A stretch of DNA of 64,000 nucleotides, taken from sequence record MG589383, one strand, 5' to 3'. The DNA is from Shigella phage phi25-307. Numbering within the stretch: position 1 is the first letter of the stretch; each line of letters starts with the position of its first letter. Below, piece after piece: positions 27,019-38,132 of the stretch. Below the pieces are notes generated by a model that saw only the letters and a list, made by a program, of their open reading frames with translations, was not told the DNA's origin and searched no databases. The translations under genes were made by a program, and so were the position numbers.

Positions 27019-30000
27019 ATGGCCGACATCAAACGTAAGTTCAGAGCCGAAGACGGTCTGGACGCCGGTGGCGACAAGATTGTTAACGTAGCATTAGCCG
27101 ACCGTACAGTAGGTACTGATGGCGTAAACGTTGACTTCCTGGTACAAGAAAACACCGTTCAAGTATATGATTCTACGCGTGGATATAACAAAGGATTTGT
27201 TGTTCTTTATGACAACCGTTTATATCAAGCAATAAATGATATCGTGTCTCCTTCCGGGGCATTTAACCTTTTACAATGGCGCACAGTTCGTACCGATGCA
27301 CAATGGATAACTGTCGCTTCTGGGACTTATCAACTTTCTTCAGGTGAATCGATTTCGGTTAACACTGCTGCCGGCAATGATATGGTTTTCACATTGCCAA
27401 GTACGCCGGTTGATGGTGATACTGTTGTTTTGGCTGATATCGGTGGAAGAACCGGGACAGTTAAAGTACAGATTAACGCGTCTGTGCAGAGTATTTTAAA
27501 CTTTAGAGGTGAACAAGTTCGTTCAGTTTTAATGACGCGACCACGTTCACAACTAGTGTTTGTGTTTAGTAATCGTTTGTGGCAGATGTATATCATTGAT
27601 TACGGTAAAGAATCAATCACTGTTACACCAGCGGCACCATATCAAGCACAAGCAAATGATTTTATCGTTCGTCGTTTTACTAGTGCAGCACCAATCAACA
27701 TTACACTTCCACGTAATGCTAACAATGGTGATATAATCAGCCTAGTCGATTTAGATAAATTAAACCCACTGTATCATACAATTGTTAAAACATTTGATGA
27801 TACAACGTCTATTGGTGAAGTCGGGACTCATATTGCCGAAGGCAGAAATGACTCTGACGCGTTTTTTGTTTTTGATGCTGCAAATAGTTTATGGCGTATA
27901 TGGGAAGGCGACCAGAAATCGCGTCTTCGTATTATCCGTGCGGATTCAAATATTCGTCCAAATGAAGAAGTTCTTATTTTTGGCACAAATAACGCTGCAA
28001 CCGGAACTATTAATCTTACGCTGCCTACCGGAATTTTGAGTGGTGACACTGTTAAAATTTCAATGAACTACATGCGTAAAGGCCAAACAGTAAAAATTAA
28101 AGCTGCCGAAGGTGATACAATTGCTTCTTCTGTTGCGTTGCTTCAGTTCCCTAAACGTTCTGAGTATCCACCTGATGCTCAATGGGTCTCTGTTACTGAA
28201 CTAGAATTCAATGGCACTACTTCATATGTTCCTGTATTAGAATTATCGTATATCGAAGACACCGTTGCTGGTACACGTTATTGGGTTGTGCAACAAAACG
28301 TCCCAACTGTAGAACGTGTTGATGCTGGAACTGATGCTACACGAGCTCGTTTAGGTGTTATTGCTCTTGCTACTCAAGCGCAAGCAAACGTTGATTTTGA
28401 AAATTCTCCGGCTAAAGAAGTTGCTATTACTCCTGAAACGTTGGCAAATCGTACAGCAACTGAAGCTCGACGTGGTATCGCTAAAATTGCTACAACAGCA
28501 CAAGTTAACCAGAATTCCACAGCATCATTTGTGGACGATACTATTGTTACGCCTAAAAAACTAAATGAGCGTACAGCAACTGAAACTCGTCGTGGTCTTG
28601 CTGAAATTGCTACTCAGGCTGAAACAGATGCTGGTCTTGATGACACAACGATTATTACACCTAAGAAATTGCAGGCACGTCAGGGTTCTGAAACACTATC
28701 TGGTATAGTTAAATATGTATCAACTACTTCTGCTACTCCTGCTGAAACTCGTGGGGCTGCAGGCACTAATGTTTATAATAAAACCGTAAATAATTTAACT
28801 ATTTCTCCTAAAGCCCTTGACCAATATAAAGCAACTTACGCCCAACAAGGTGCAGTAATTTTAGCTATTGATAGTGAAGTAATTGCTGGACAATCTCAGT
28901 CTGGATACTCTCATGCTGTAGTAACTCCTGAAACACTACATAAGAAAACTTCTACTGATGGACGTATTGGTTTAATTGAAATTGCTACGCAAGCAGAAAC
29001 TAATGCTGGGACTGATTATACACGTGCAGTAACGCCTAAGACGTTAAATGATAGGAGAGCGACGGAAGGATTATCCGGCATAGCCGAAATTGCTACGCAA
29101 GTTGAATTTGATACTGGAACTGATGATACTCGTATCTCGACTCCACTGAAAATTAAAACTCATTTTGATTCTTCTGACCGTACCAGTGTTAATTCTGATT
29201 CCGGACTTATTGAAGAAGGAACCTTGTGGAACCATTATACTCTTGATATTTCTAAAGCAAATGAAACACAACGTGGTACACTTCGCGTAGCGACCCAGGC
29301 AGAATCTAATGCAGGAACTTTAGATGATGTTCTTATTACTCCTAAAAAGCTTTTAGGGACTAAGTCCACTGAAACGTCTGAAGGTGTAATCAAGGTTGCA
29401 ACCCAGTCTGAAACTGTGACTGGAACGTCAGCGAACACTGCTGTATCTCCTAAGAATTTAAAATGGATTGTGCAGAGTGAACCAACATGGGCTGCTACTA
29501 CAGCAATTCGCGGATTCGTTAAAACTTCATCCGGTTCTATTACATTCGTTGGTAATGATACAGTCGGTTCTACACAAAACTTAGAGCTATACGAGAAAAA
29601 TAGCTATGCAGTATCACCGTATGAATTAAACCGTGTATTGGCAAATTACTTGCCATTAAAAGCAAAAGCTGCTGACGCAAATTTATTAGATGGCCTAGAT
29701 TCATCTCAGTTCATTCGTAGGGACATTGCACAGACGGTTAATGGTTCACTAACCTTAACCCAACAAACGAATCTGAGTGCCCCTCTTGTATCATCTAGTA
29801 CGGCTACGTTTGGTGGTTCGGTATCTGCTAATAGTACATTAACTATTTCTAATACAGGTGCTTCAACTCGCTTAATATTTGAAAAAGGTCCACAAACTGG
29901 AAACAACCCTGCTCAGGCGATGAATATCCGTGTATGGGGTAACCAATTCGCCGGCGGTTCTGATACATCTCGTGCTACGATATTTGAAGTTGGTGATGAA

Positions 30001-30894
30001 ACATCTAACCACTTTTATTCACAACGGGATAACCTTGGTAATATTACTTTCAGCATCAACGGTACAGTTCGGCCGATTAATGTTAATGCATCCGGAACAT
30101 TGAATGCTAATGGTGCGGCAACATTTGGACGTTCGGTGACAGCACAGGGTGAATTTATAACCTATAGTGCAAACGCATTCAGAGCAATTAGTGGTAATTA
30201 CGGATTCTTTATTCGTAATGATGCTGCTAATACCTATTTTATGCTTACTGCATCAGGTGATCAGACTGGCGGATTTAATGGATTACGTCCTTTAGCTATT
30301 AATAATGCATCCGGCCAAGTAACGATTGGTGAAGGCTTAATCATTGCCAAAGGTGCTACTATAAATTCAGGTGGTTTAACTGTTAACTCGAGAATTCGTT
30401 CTCATGGTTCTAAAACTGCTGATTTATACACTCGTGCTCCTACTGCTGATACAGTCGGATTCTGGTCAATCGATATTAACGATTCAGCCACTTATAACCA
30501 GTTCCCGGGTTATTTTAAAATGGTTGAAAAAACTAATGAAGTGACTGGACTTCCATACTTAGAACGTGGCGAAGAAGTTAAATCTCCTGGTACACTGACT
30601 CAGTTTGGTAACACACTTGATTCGCTTTACCAAGATTGGATTACTTATCCAACAACTCCAGAAGCACGTACAACCCGTTGGACACGTACATGGCAGAAAA
30701 CTAAAAATTCTTGGTCGAGTTTTGTTCAGGTATTTGATGGTGGAAACCCTCCTCAACCTTCTGATATTGGTGCTTTACCTTCTGATAATGCAACAATCGG
30801 AAACTTGACAATAAGAGATTTCTTAAGGATTGGTAACGTCCGCATTATTCCAGACCCTGTGAATAAATCTGTTAAATTCGAGTGGATTGAATAA
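27019..30894 (+). CDS. 34: Long tail fibre proximal subunit gp34, 1291 aa
   Basis: First gene of the plus-strand late operon; size close to T4 gp34 (about 1289 aa); repeated ...TPKKL/TPETL... motifs in the shaft region. Confidence 0.9.
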   Translation: MADIKRKFRAEDGLDAGGDKIVNVALADRTVGTDGVNVDFLVQENTVQVYDSTRGYNKGFVVLYDNRLYQAINDIVSPSGAFNLLQWRTVRTDAQWITVASGTYQLSSGESISVNTAAGNDMVFTLPSTPVDGDTVVLADIGGRTGTVKVQINASVQSILNFRGEQVRSVLMTRPRSQLVFVFSNRLWQMYIIDYGKESITVTPAAPYQAQANDFIVRRFTSAAPINITLPRNANNGDIISLVDLDKLNPLYHTIVKTFDDTTSIGEVGTHIAEGRNDSDAFFVFDAANSLWRIWEGDQKSRLRIIRADSNIRPNEEVLIFGTNNAATGTINLTLPTGILSGDTVKISMNYMRKGQTVKIKAAEGDTIASSVALLQFPKRSEYPPDAQWVSVTELEFNGTTSYVPVLELSYIEDTVAGTRYWVVQQNVPTVERVDAGTDATRARLGVIALATQAQANVDFENSPAKEVAITPETLANRTATEARRGIAKIATTAQVNQNSTASFVDDTIVTPKKLNERTATETRRGLAEIATQAETDAGLDDTTIITPKKLQARQGSETLSGIVKYVSTTSATPAETRGAAGTNVYNKTVNNLTISPKALDQYKATYAQQGAVILAIDSEVIAGQSQSGYSHAVVTPETLHKKTSTDGRIGLIEIATQAETNAGTDYTRAVTPKTLNDRRATEGLSGIAEIATQVEFDTGTDDTRISTPLKIKTHFDSSDRTSVNSDSGLIEEGTLWNHYTLDISKANETQRGTLRVATQAESNAGTLDDVLITPKKLLGTKSTETSEGVIKVATQSETVTGTSANTAVSPKNLKWIVQSEPTWAATTAIRGFVKTSSGSITFVGNDTVGSTQNLELYEKNSYAVSPYELNRVLANYLPLKAKAADANLLDGLDSSQFIRRDIAQTVNGSLTLTQQTNLSAPLVSSSTATFGGSVSANSTLTISNTGASTRLIFEKGPQTGNNPAQAMNIRVWGNQFAGGSDTSRATIFEVGDETSNHFYSQRDNLGNITFSINGTVRPINVNASGTLNANGAATFGRSVTAQGEFITYSANAFRAISGNYGFFIRNDAANTYFMLTASGDQTGGFNGLRPLAINNASGQVTIGEGLIIAKGATINSGGLTVNSRIRSHGSKTADLYTRAPTADTVGFWSIDINDSATYNQFPGYFKMVEKTNEVTGLPYLERGEEVKSPGTLTQFGNTLDSLYQDWITYPTTPEARTTRWTRTWQKTKNSWSSFVQVFDGGNPPQPSDIGALPSDNATIGNLTIRDFLRIGNVRIIPDPVNKSVKFEWIE

Positions 30895-30902
30895 GAGGTA
30901 TT

Positions 30903-32030
30903 ATGGAAAAATTTATGGCTAAGTTTGGACAAGGATACGTCCAAACGCCATTTTTATCGGAAAGCAATTCAGTACGATTTAAATTAAGCATAGCGGGCTC
31001 TTGCCCGCTATCAACATCTCCTGCTTATATTAAGTTCCAGGATAATCCACTTGGGTCCCAGGTTTTTTCTGTTGGATTAAACGTTCGTGTAATAAATCCT
31101 ACAACAGGTGCAGTAGTTGAATCTAAGTCATATAATTTCTCTACTGAAAACGACACAACGTCAAGTGCATTTGTTACTTTCATGGACACATATGCTTCAA
31201 ATTTTATATTTGCTCTTGTTACTAACGCTAAAACAAACTTTCCGCCTGAAGTTCTTACATGGTTTAATAAAGCCGGAAGTTCTGCTATTCCATTAGCTCA
31301 ACAAGTTTTAAATATAGTGGACATTTCTTATTCGGCATTTTATATTTCTGGTAAGAATGCTATAGCACTAGAACATATTAAGTATAGTAATAAGAAAACT
31401 TCAACCGACTATAGTACACCACTTGATGTTGTGTATGACACGATCGACGATATTGGTGCTACCGGCTTCCCTAGTCGTACGTATGAATCGACAGACACAT
31501 TTTTATCTGCCGTTGGAGGTACTAATAATGAAATTAAAAGGATGCCTACAACATCCCTTATTACACCTCTCGCTGGGTATAAATTGAAGCCTGGAGATTT
31601 CCTTTATATGAAATTCCAACTAATGGCTGATGCCGATTTGTTAGCACAAGGGACGACACGACTTTCTATTCGTTTCTTTAAATCTCCTTCTACTTCACCT
31701 ATTTCATTTAAGGATACAAACTTTGATGGGGCTGCAGGTGAATGGAAGATATATGAAGACTACATAGAAATTCCTGCTGGTGCTGACGGGTTCACGATTT
31801 ATTGTTATCGTACAGCTCCAGTCGGGCAAGGTGGATTAAGAAACGTTATATTCACTGAAGTATCATGTAATGGAAGCGTTTCAAAACCTGCTGAGTTTGG
31901 TGTAAATGGTATTCGTGTAAATTATGTTTCAGAATCTTTAAGTGCCCCAGACATAATGACATTACCTACTCAATCTTCAACTGATACTGGTAAGGTATTT
32001 GGTCAAGAATTTAAAGAAGCATCAGAATAA
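30903..32030 (+). CDS. 35: Long tail fibre hinge protein gp35, 375 aa
   Basis: Position and size match T4 gp35 (about 372 aa); SD GAGG before the ATG. Confidence 0.8.
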   Translation: MEKFMAKFGQGYVQTPFLSESNSVRFKLSIAGSCPLSTSPAYIKFQDNPLGSQVFSVGLNVRVINPTTGAVVESKSYNFSTENDTTSSAFVTFMDTYASNFIFALVTNAKTNFPPEVLTWFNKAGSSAIPLAQQVLNIVDISYSAFYISGKNAIALEHIKYSNKKTSTDYSTPLDVVYDTIDDIGATGFPSRTYESTDTFLSAVGGTNNEIKRMPTTSLITPLAGYKLKPGDFLYMKFQLMADADLLAQGTTRLSIRFFKSPSTSPISFKDTNFDGAAGEWKIYEDYIEIPAGADGFTIYCYRTAPVGQGGLRNVIFTEVSCNGSVSKPAEFGVNGIRVNYVSESLSAPDIMTLPTQSSTDTGKVFGQEFKEASE

Positions 32031-32035
32031 ATTTA

Positions 32036-32060
32036 GGGAGACTTCAGTCTCCCATTTTTG
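32036..32060 (+). terminator. Intrinsic terminator after gene 35
   Basis: GGGAGAC-TTCA-GTCTCCC hairpin followed by ATTTTTG. Confidence 0.7.
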
Positions 32061-32068
32061 TATAAATA
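32061..32068 (+). promoter_or_regulatory. Late promoter TATAAATA for genes 36-37-38-t
   Basis: Exact TATAAATA directly after the terminator, 25 nt upstream of the gene 36 ATG. Confidence 0.6.
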
Positions 32069-32092
32069 TGGTATACATATAAGGAGACAACT

Positions 32093-32758
32093 ATGGCCGA
32101 TTTAAAAGCTGGTAGTACAACTGGCGGCGCCGTTATATGGCATCAAGGTAATTTCCCTTTAATGCCAGCAGGTGATGACGTCCTGTATAAAACGTTTAAA
32201 CTCTATTCAGAATATAATAAACCACAAGCGGCTGATAACGATTTCGTTTCTAAAGCTAATGGTGGTACGTATGCCGCTCGAGTAACATTTAATAATGGTG
32301 TGCAAGTACCTTATGCCGTAAATAACACAAATCAAAGTGGTATTTATCCTGGCAATGGCGATGCTGCTACTTTTGATACAGCAAATATTGATATTGTTTC
32401 ATGGTATGGCATTGGTTTTAAATCATCACAAGGATCTGCAGGTAGAACTGTTGTTGTTAACACTCGTACTGGTGATATCAGCACTAAAGGTGGTATTTAT
32501 GCAACTGGTCCTGTCCGTTCTAACGCTACTGCTCCGGTTGCAGCAAATGATCTCACAAGAAAAGATTACGTTGATGGACGAATAAATATTGTTACAGATA
32601 ACGCAAATTCCCGTGTATTGCGTTCTGGCGATACCATGGCTGGTACTTTAACAGCACCAAACTTTTTCTCACAGAATCCGGCGTCTGAGGCTAATCATGT
32701 TCCTCGTTTCGACCAGATTGTAATTAAAGATTCTGTTCAAGATTTCGGCTATTATTAA
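32093..32758 (+). CDS. 36: Long tail fibre distal connector gp36, 221 aa
   Basis: Same length as T4 gp36; position between 35 and 37. Confidence 0.8.
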   Translation: MADLKAGSTTGGAVIWHQGNFPLMPAGDDVLYKTFKLYSEYNKPQAADNDFVSKANGGTYAARVTFNNGVQVPYAVNNTNQSGIYPGNGDAATFDTANIDIVSWYGIGFKSSQGSAGRTVVVNTRTGDISTKGGIYATGPVRSNATAPVAANDLTRKDYVDGRINIVTDNANSRVLRSGDTMAGTLTAPNFFSQNPASEANHVPRFDQIVIKDSVQDFGYY

Positions 32759-32766
32759 GAGGACTT

Positions 32767-35700
32767 ATGGCTACATTAAAACAGATACAATTTAAAAGAA
32801 GCAAAGTAGCAGGAGTTAATCCTACTGCAGCACAATTAGCCGAAGGCGAATTAGCGATAAACTTAAAAGATCGAACTCTTTTTACTAAAGATGACCTCGG
32901 TAATATTATTAGCCTAGGCTTTGCTAAGGGCGGGGATATTAACGGTAATGTAACTCAAAATGGAGATTATTTACAGAACGGTACATATAATCTCAATGGA
33001 AACCAGTTTGTTTATGCAGGAAAATATATTGAATTTTTACCTAAAACTGCAGGCAATGGTGCTTGGGCTAACCAACATTTGAATAAAGCCCCTATCTTTA
33101 CAGATTTAAGTTCAACTACTTCTGTTTCAGAATACCATCCGCTGATTAAACAACGCTATAAAGATGGAACTTTTTCTGCTGGTACATTAGTAAACGAAGG
33201 TAGTTTTAAATTCCATTATATTGATGAAACCAGGACTTCAAAATACTGGACTTTTAATCGAAACGGTAATTTTCAAGTTGATTCCGGAAGTTTATTAGTA
33301 TCTAATGGATATTTAGTTACTCAAAGTAATATTGAAACTAAAGCTGGTTCTTTAATTGGTCCTAAAGTTATTACCAAAAATATCAATGTGAGCACTAAAT
33401 CTTGGGACACTAATATTGATACTGCATATGATTTAGTTTCATTACCTACTTGGCAGTATACTCCAACCGAAACGGATTTGGATACTAATGGTATAAACTA
33501 CCTTCGTAAATTCCGCGGACATGTTTCTTCTGCTATTTTCCATGAAGTTGCTGATGCTCGTTCAGGTAAACCACAGAATATTTCGTATTGGACGGGACGT
33601 AATGCTGAAGTTTATCAATGGTCTTATACCACAGATGGGCGTATGTCTGTTGCTAATTCGATAGGTATAGGTCTTGCTGATGTTGGTGACCAAGGACGTT
33701 ATCCATTGGTTTCGTTTGGTAAAGGTATTGCAATTGGTGACAATGATACTGGTATTAAATGGGTTCGTGACGGGGTTATCGATTTAGTTGCGAATGGTAT
33801 TTCTGCCGGCACTATTCTTAATAACGGTATTAACAGTACTAAAAAATTGATGGTCGGTTATAGCCGCGATTCTGGTACTACTTGGGATTTCCCAAATAAC
33901 AACCAAGCAATGTTTACCGCACGCACCGATGTTGATGGTAATAATAACGGCGATGGTCAGACTCATATCGGTTATAACAGTAATTCTAAAATGTATCACT
34001 ATTTCCGTGGTACAGGTCGTATGGCTGTTGGTATGTCCCAAGGTCTCCTTGTTGAACCAGGAATTTTAGATATTAGCACTGGTTCAAATACATTAAGTTT
34101 GCGTGCTGACGGTACTGTTGCTTCTGTTCAAACGTTAAAGCTTAATAATGGATTATATTTTAATGGTGATGGAACTAATGCTTCTTTAGTTTTTAAAGCA
34201 GCTTCAGGTATTGATGGCACTAAGCAAATTATGTGGGAAGGTGGTAAGCGTGCTGGTCAAAATAAAAGTTATGTGACAGCTAAAGCTTGGGGTAATTCAT
34301 TTAACGCATCTGGCGATCGTAATCGTGAAACAGTTTTTGAAGTAGCTGACGGACAAGGTTATTACTTTTATGCGCAGCGTGTAGCTCCCGCTTCAGGATC
34401 TACTGTCGGACCAATTCAATTTAGAATTGCTGGAGCATTATTAACCGGTGGTGGTATTACATCATCCGGCTCGATTGTTACAGAATCAAGTTTAGTTGCT
34501 AATAACGGATTATCTGTAAATGGCCAGGCTAAATTTGGCGGAACAGCTGATGCATTAAGAATTTGGGATGCCGAATATGGCGCTATTTTCCGTCGTTCAG
34601 AAACAGCATTACATATTATCCCGACCAATAAAGATGCTGGTGAATCTGGTGGAATAAGCAATCTGCGCCCATTGAGCATCGCACTTAACAACGGTATGGT
34701 TCAAATGCGTCATTCTGTCACGTTAGGTGATGATGGTGCAGGCGGTAATATGATTACTGTGGACAACGATAACAAACTTGTTGTTGTTACTAGTCATAGT
34801 CGTATTTCTCCTAATTACCGTATGCAGGTAGGACAAGCAGCTTATATTGATGCTGAATGTACTGACACCGTTCGCCCGGCTGGTGCAGGGTCTTTTGCTT
34901 CACAAAATAATGAAAACGTTCGTGCTCCGTTCTATATGAATATTAATCGCACAGATACAAGTACTTACGTTCCTATTTTAAAACAACGTTATGTTCAAGG
35001 AAATAGCTGTTATTCTTTAGGTACTTTAATAAATGGCGGTAACTTCAGAGTTCATTATCATGAAGGTGGAGACGGAAGTTCAACAGGCGCAACTATAAAA
35101 GATTTAGGCTGGGAATTTACACGTTCTGGTGATTTTATATCTCCTAAGCGCATTTCTGCTGGGGGTTCAGTTTATTTAGGCACAGACGGTAACATTACTG
35201 GTGGTTCTGGTAATTTTGCCAACTTAAATAGTACAATTGAATCACTTAAAACTGATATTGTTTCAAGTTATCCTATTGGAGCTCCGATTCCTTGGCCTAC
35301 TGATACACCTCCTGAAGGTTACGCCATAATGGAAGGTCAAACATTTGATGCTGGCTTGTATCCTAAGTTAGCTGCTGTGTATCCTTCCGGCTCTCTGCCT
35401 GATATGCGTGGTCAAACTATCAAGGGTAAACCATCTGGGCGTGCTGTATTAAGTACAGAAGCAGACGGTGTTAAGTCACATAGCCATAGTGCAAGTGCAT
35501 CAAACACGGATTTGGGTACTAAAACCACTTCTAGTTTTGATTACGGTAGCAAAACGACTTCAAGCTTTGATTATGGTACTAAGACCAGTAATACCACTGG
35601 CAACCATAACCATACAGTGAGTGGTAATACTAGTTCCGCTGGTGCTCACCGACACGCGCGTTCAGGCCCTCAGATTCAATACGGCGTACACACTAGCATA

Positions 35701-36024
35701 TTCTATGATGGATACAATAGTGCTGGTCCAAATGGCAACGCTAAAATCACTGGAACCGTGAGTGGTGCTACTGCATCGTCGAATATGGCCAAAACTTCTT
35801 CAGACGGTGCCCACACCCATAGTTGGTCTGGTACTACTAGCACCACAGGTAACCATGCCCACACCGTAGGTATTGGCGCCCATACTCACACCGTAGGTAT
35901 TGGCGCTCACACCCATTCGGTTGCAATTGGTTCACATGGTCATACAATAACTGTAAATGCCACAGGAAATACAGAAAACACAGTTAAAAACGTTGCTTTT
36001 AACTATATCGTTCGTTTAGCATAA
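32767..36024 (+). CDS. 37: Long tail fibre distal subunit / receptor-binding protein gp37, 1085 aa
   Basis: Large Gly/Ser/Thr-rich fibre protein ending in a His-box tip (GNHNHT, GAHRHA, GAHTHS, GNHAHT, GAHTHT, GAHTHS, GSHGHT) and the T4-like C-terminus NYIVRLA. Confidence 0.9.
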   Translation: MATLKQIQFKRSKVAGVNPTAAQLAEGELAINLKDRTLFTKDDLGNIISLGFAKGGDINGNVTQNGDYLQNGTYNLNGNQFVYAGKYIEFLPKTAGNGAWANQHLNKAPIFTDLSSTTSVSEYHPLIKQRYKDGTFSAGTLVNEGSFKFHYIDETRTSKYWTFNRNGNFQVDSGSLLVSNGYLVTQSNIETKAGSLIGPKVITKNINVSTKSWDTNIDTAYDLVSLPTWQYTPTETDLDTNGINYLRKFRGHVSSAIFHEVADARSGKPQNISYWTGRNAEVYQWSYTTDGRMSVANSIGIGLADVGDQGRYPLVSFGKGIAIGDNDTGIKWVRDGVIDLVANGISAGTILNNGINSTKKLMVGYSRDSGTTWDFPNNNQAMFTARTDVDGNNNGDGQTHIGYNSNSKMYHYFRGTGRMAVGMSQGLLVEPGILDISTGSNTLSLRADGTVASVQTLKLNNGLYFNGDGTNASLVFKAASGIDGTKQIMWEGGKRAGQNKSYVTAKAWGNSFNASGDRNRETVFEVADGQGYYFYAQRVAPASGSTVGPIQFRIAGALLTGGGITSSGSIVTESSLVANNGLSVNGQAKFGGTADALRIWDAEYGAIFRRSETALHIIPTNKDAGESGGISNLRPLSIALNNGMVQMRHSVTLGDDGAGGNMITVDNDNKLVVVTSHSRISPNYRMQVGQAAYIDAECTDTVRPAGAGSFASQNNENVRAPFYMNINRTDTSTYVPILKQRYVQGNSCYSLGTLINGGNFRVHYHEGGDGSSTGATIKDLGWEFTRSGDFISPKRISAGGSVYLGTDGNITGGSGNFANLNSTIESLKTDIVSSYPIGAPIPWPTDTPPEGYAIMEGQTFDAGLYPKLAAVYPSGSLPDMRGQTIKGKPSGRAVLSTEADGVKSHSHSASASNTDLGTKTTSSFDYGSKTTSSFDYGTKTSNTTGNHNHTVSGNTSSAGAHRHARSGPQIQYGVHTSIFYDGYNSAGPNGNAKITGTVSGATASSNMAKTSSDGAHTHSWSGTTSTTGNHAHTVGIGAHTHTVGIGAHTHSVAIGSHGHTITVNATGNTENTVKNVAFNYIVRLA
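35515..35592 (+). repeat. In-frame tandem 30-nt coding repeat in the gp37 tip ([11 protein letters not shown])
   Basis: GGTACTAAAACCACTTCTAGTTTTGATTAC / GGTAGCAAAACGACTTCAAGCTTTGATTAT, then a partial third copy. Confidence 0.7.
35866..35919 (+). repeat. In-frame tandem 27-nt coding repeat in the gp37 tip ([10 protein letters not shown], His-box)
   Basis: GTAGGTATTGGCGCCCATACTCACACC / GTAGGTATTGGCGCTCACACCCATTCG. Confidence 0.7.
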
Positions 36025-36057
36025 GGAGAAGGGACTTCTGTCCCTTTTTATAATATG
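36023..36057 (+). promoter_or_regulatory. Gene 38 translation initiation region with SD and AUG separated by a hairpin (split ribosome-binding site)
   Basis: AAGGAG at 36023-36028, hairpin GGGAC-TTCT-GTCCC at 36031-36044 plus T-run, ATG at 36055; the hairpin would bring the SD close to the AUG and may also terminate some gene 37 transcripts. Confidence 0.5.
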
Positions 36058-36606
36058 AAACTCTATCACTATTATTTTGACACTAAAGAATTTTACAAAG
36101 AAGAAAATTATAAACCATTAAAAGGCGTAGGATTTCCAGCTCATTCGACACCAAAAAAACCTTTAGACCCTAAAGAAGGCTATGCTGTTGTATTTGATGA
36201 ACGCGAACAAGAATGGGTATATGTTGAAGACCATCGTGGAAAAACAGTATGGACTTATGATAAGCAAAAAATTGTTATTGACACTCCAGGTGCTCTTCAA
36301 AATGTTACTACAGAAGAACCTGGTGAATTTGACATTTGGACCGGCGACGGGTGGAAGGAAGATGAAGCATATAAACGCGTAGTTCAACGTGATAAGAAAA
36401 TTCATGAACTCTATAAATTATTCAGTGTTTTAAGTTCTCTTATTGACGCAGAGGTTGCTAATAGAGAAGAAAAACGAAAATTTAAAGAGCTCAAAAAATT
36501 CTTTGCCCTTTTAGAAAAACATGAACATCTTGGTGGTGAATTCCCTAAATTCCCTGACCTTGAAAACAAATCTATTGTCAAAGCGATTATAAATATCTTT
36601 AAGTAA
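36055..36606 (+). CDS. 38: Tail fibre assembly chaperone gp38 (T4 type, not the T2-type adhesin), 183 aa
   Basis: Same length as T4 gp38 and close match to remembered sequence (YHYYFDTKEFYKEENYKP.KG.G.PAHST.KKPL.PKEGYAVVFDE...FALLEKHEHLGGEFP). Confidence 0.9.
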   Translation: MKLYHYYFDTKEFYKEENYKPLKGVGFPAHSTPKKPLDPKEGYAVVFDEREQEWVYVEDHRGKTVWTYDKQKIVIDTPGALQNVTTEEPGEFDIWTGDGWKEDEAYKRVVQRDKKIHELYKLFSVLSSLIDAEVANREEKRKFKELKKFFALLEKHEHLGGEFPKFPDLENKSIVKAIINIFK

Positions 36607-36615
36607 GGAGGTATT

Positions 36616-37275
36616 ATGGCAACACCAAAAGTATCATTTTCGCCTAGTGATATTCTATTTGGGTTGCTAGATCGTATTTTCAAAGATAACGCTACTGGAA
36701 AGGTTTTAATGTCTCGAGTAGCGGTAATTATTCTTTTGTTCCTAATGGCACTAATATGGTACAAAGGAAGTATTTTGCTGGATTATTATGTAAGAGCTAA
36801 GTATGATACTTATACTGAAATAATCCAAAAAGAACGAGCTTTACGTTTTGAATCTGCGGCTCTAGAACAACTGCAAATAGTTCATATCTCATCTGGTGCA
36901 GATTTTAGTGCTGTGTATTCTTTCAGACCTAAAAACTTAAATTATTTCGTCGACCTTATAGCTTATGAAGGCAAACTACCTAGCACAATTTCTGAAAAGT
37001 CCCTTGGCGGATTTCCGGTGGATAAAACGGCCAATGAATATATAATTCATTTAAGTGGCCGTCATTTCTCATCTAAATCAGAATTTGCATTTTTGCCTAC
37101 AAAATCTAAGACCGCCGAACTTTCTTATATGTATAGTTGCCCATACTTTAATTTGGATAACATCTATGCTGGGACTGTGACGATGTATTGGTATAAGGGG
37201 AGTAATATACTTGAGGAGGATCGCTTAGCGGCTATATGCAACCAAGCGATCCGAATACTAGGAAGGGCTAAATAA
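36616..37275 (+). CDS. t: Holin T, 219 aa
   Basis: Close match to remembered T4 holin (SFSPSDILFG.LDR.FKDNATGKVL.SRVAV..LLF.MA..WY...), single N-terminal TM segment and large periplasmic domain; SD AAGGAGG. Confidence 0.92.
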   Translation: MATPKVSFSPSDILFGLLDRIFKDNATGKVLMSRVAVIILLFLMALIWYKGSILLDYYVRAKYDTYTEIIQKERALRFESAALEQLQIVHISSGADFSAVYSFRPKNLNYFVDLIAYEGKLPSTISEKSLGGFPVDKTANEYIIHLSGRHFSSKSEFAFLPTKSKTAELSYMYSCPYFNLDNIYAGTVTMYWYKGSNILEEDRLAAICNQAIRILGRAK

Positions 37276-37548
37276 TTAGTTGTTAGAATACATCGCTAAA
37301 TGACGATAAATATTTTCAAAACCTTCATTGAATTCACTAATCAGTGTTTTCTTTTCTTCGGCAGTTAAATTTGTAATTAGTTTTCTGAACGAATTCTGAT
37401 TTAGCTGCCGACCATCTTTTTTAATTCCAATCTCATTCAAGAAACCGATGAAACTTGCTCGGTCTTCAACAATATCTTCCCTAGAGAATTTAATCAAAAT
37501 AGAAGCAATAGTAATAATTTCACGTACGATTTCAATGTCTTTATTCAT
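37276..37548 (-). CDS. asiA: Anti-sigma70 factor AsiA, 90 aa
   Basis: Same length as T4 AsiA and close match to remembered sequence (REIIT.ASILIKFSREDIVE.RA.FI.FLNEIG...NQNSFRK). Confidence 0.92.
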   Translation of the reverse strand: MNKDIEIVREIITIASILIKFSREDIVEDRASFIGFLNEIGIKKDGRQLNQNSFRKLITNLTAEEKKTLISEFNEGFENIYRHLAMYSNN

Positions 37549-37582
37549 AACGTTTTATTCATTCCACTTAATTGATAGGAGT

Positions 37583-37612
37583 ATAGTACCACTATCAGTG
37601 TTGATTGTAAAC
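37583..37612 (-). promoter_or_regulatory. Early promoter for asiA (TTTACA, 17 nt, TACTAT)
   Basis: Minus strand GTTTACAATCAACACTGATAGTGGTACTATACTCC. Confidence 0.5.
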
Positions 37613-37756
37613 GGCTTTTTCTACGCTTTTAACGTAATTGGTGTAGTCTTCCTGTTCGTACGAGTGTAAGGCCAAGAACGGAGCTAATAGTTCATTATAG
37701 ACTAAAGCCTCACGCTCACGTTCGGCCTCTACTACGTTCTGAAGATTATGACTCAT
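37595..37756 (-). CDS. Hypothetical protein, 53 aa
   Basis: Track ORF 37595..37810 trimmed to the ATG that overlaps the upstream stop (ATGAGTCATAA). Confidence 0.4.
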   Translation of the reverse strand: MSHNLQNVVEAEREREALVYNELLAPFLALHSYEQEDYTNYVKSVEKAVYNQH

Positions 37757-38132
37757 ACTGTTCCTTATAACTATCAATGTAGTCCTGTATGTCGAAGAAT
37801 GATATTTCATATTCTAAGGCATTAAGAGCCTGTTCTTCAGTGTAGTCAGAACCAAATACAATAGTGATTTCACCAGGTTTAGAATGACTGAAATCAACAC
37901 TAAACTCAAGTCGAGAGCAGACTTCATCTTCCATATCTATGATAACACTACGATACACTTCTCGGTTAACCTGATAAAGCTCTGCAAGTTCTTCGCATCG
38001 AATAACAAGTTCAGTGGCAGGATTTTCTTTGATTTTAGTAAGCATAGTCTTTACCCTTATGTTTTTGTTTGCGTTTAGATTGAAGTTCTGATTTCTTCTT
38101 GTCCTTATGGACGGAAGCCTTATTGAAATCAT
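37746..38132 (-). CDS. Hypothetical protein, 128 aa (start uncertain)
   Basis: ORF with ATGA overlap onto the upstream gene; an internal Met at 38045 is an alternative start. Confidence 0.5.
   Translation of the reverse strand: MISIRLPSIRTRRNQNFNLNANKNIRVKTMLTKIKENPATELVIRCEELAELYQVNREVYRSVIIDMEDEVCSRLEFSVDFSHSKPGEITIVFGSDYTEEQALNALEYEISFFDIQDYIDSYKEQYES

Noticed and set aside
35839-35946. Short tandem direct repeats, considered as a possible CRISPR-like array
   Set aside because: The repeats are in-frame coding repeats of the gp37 His-box tip (27-30 nt units without unique spacers); no CRISPR repeat-spacer architecture exists anywhere in the window.
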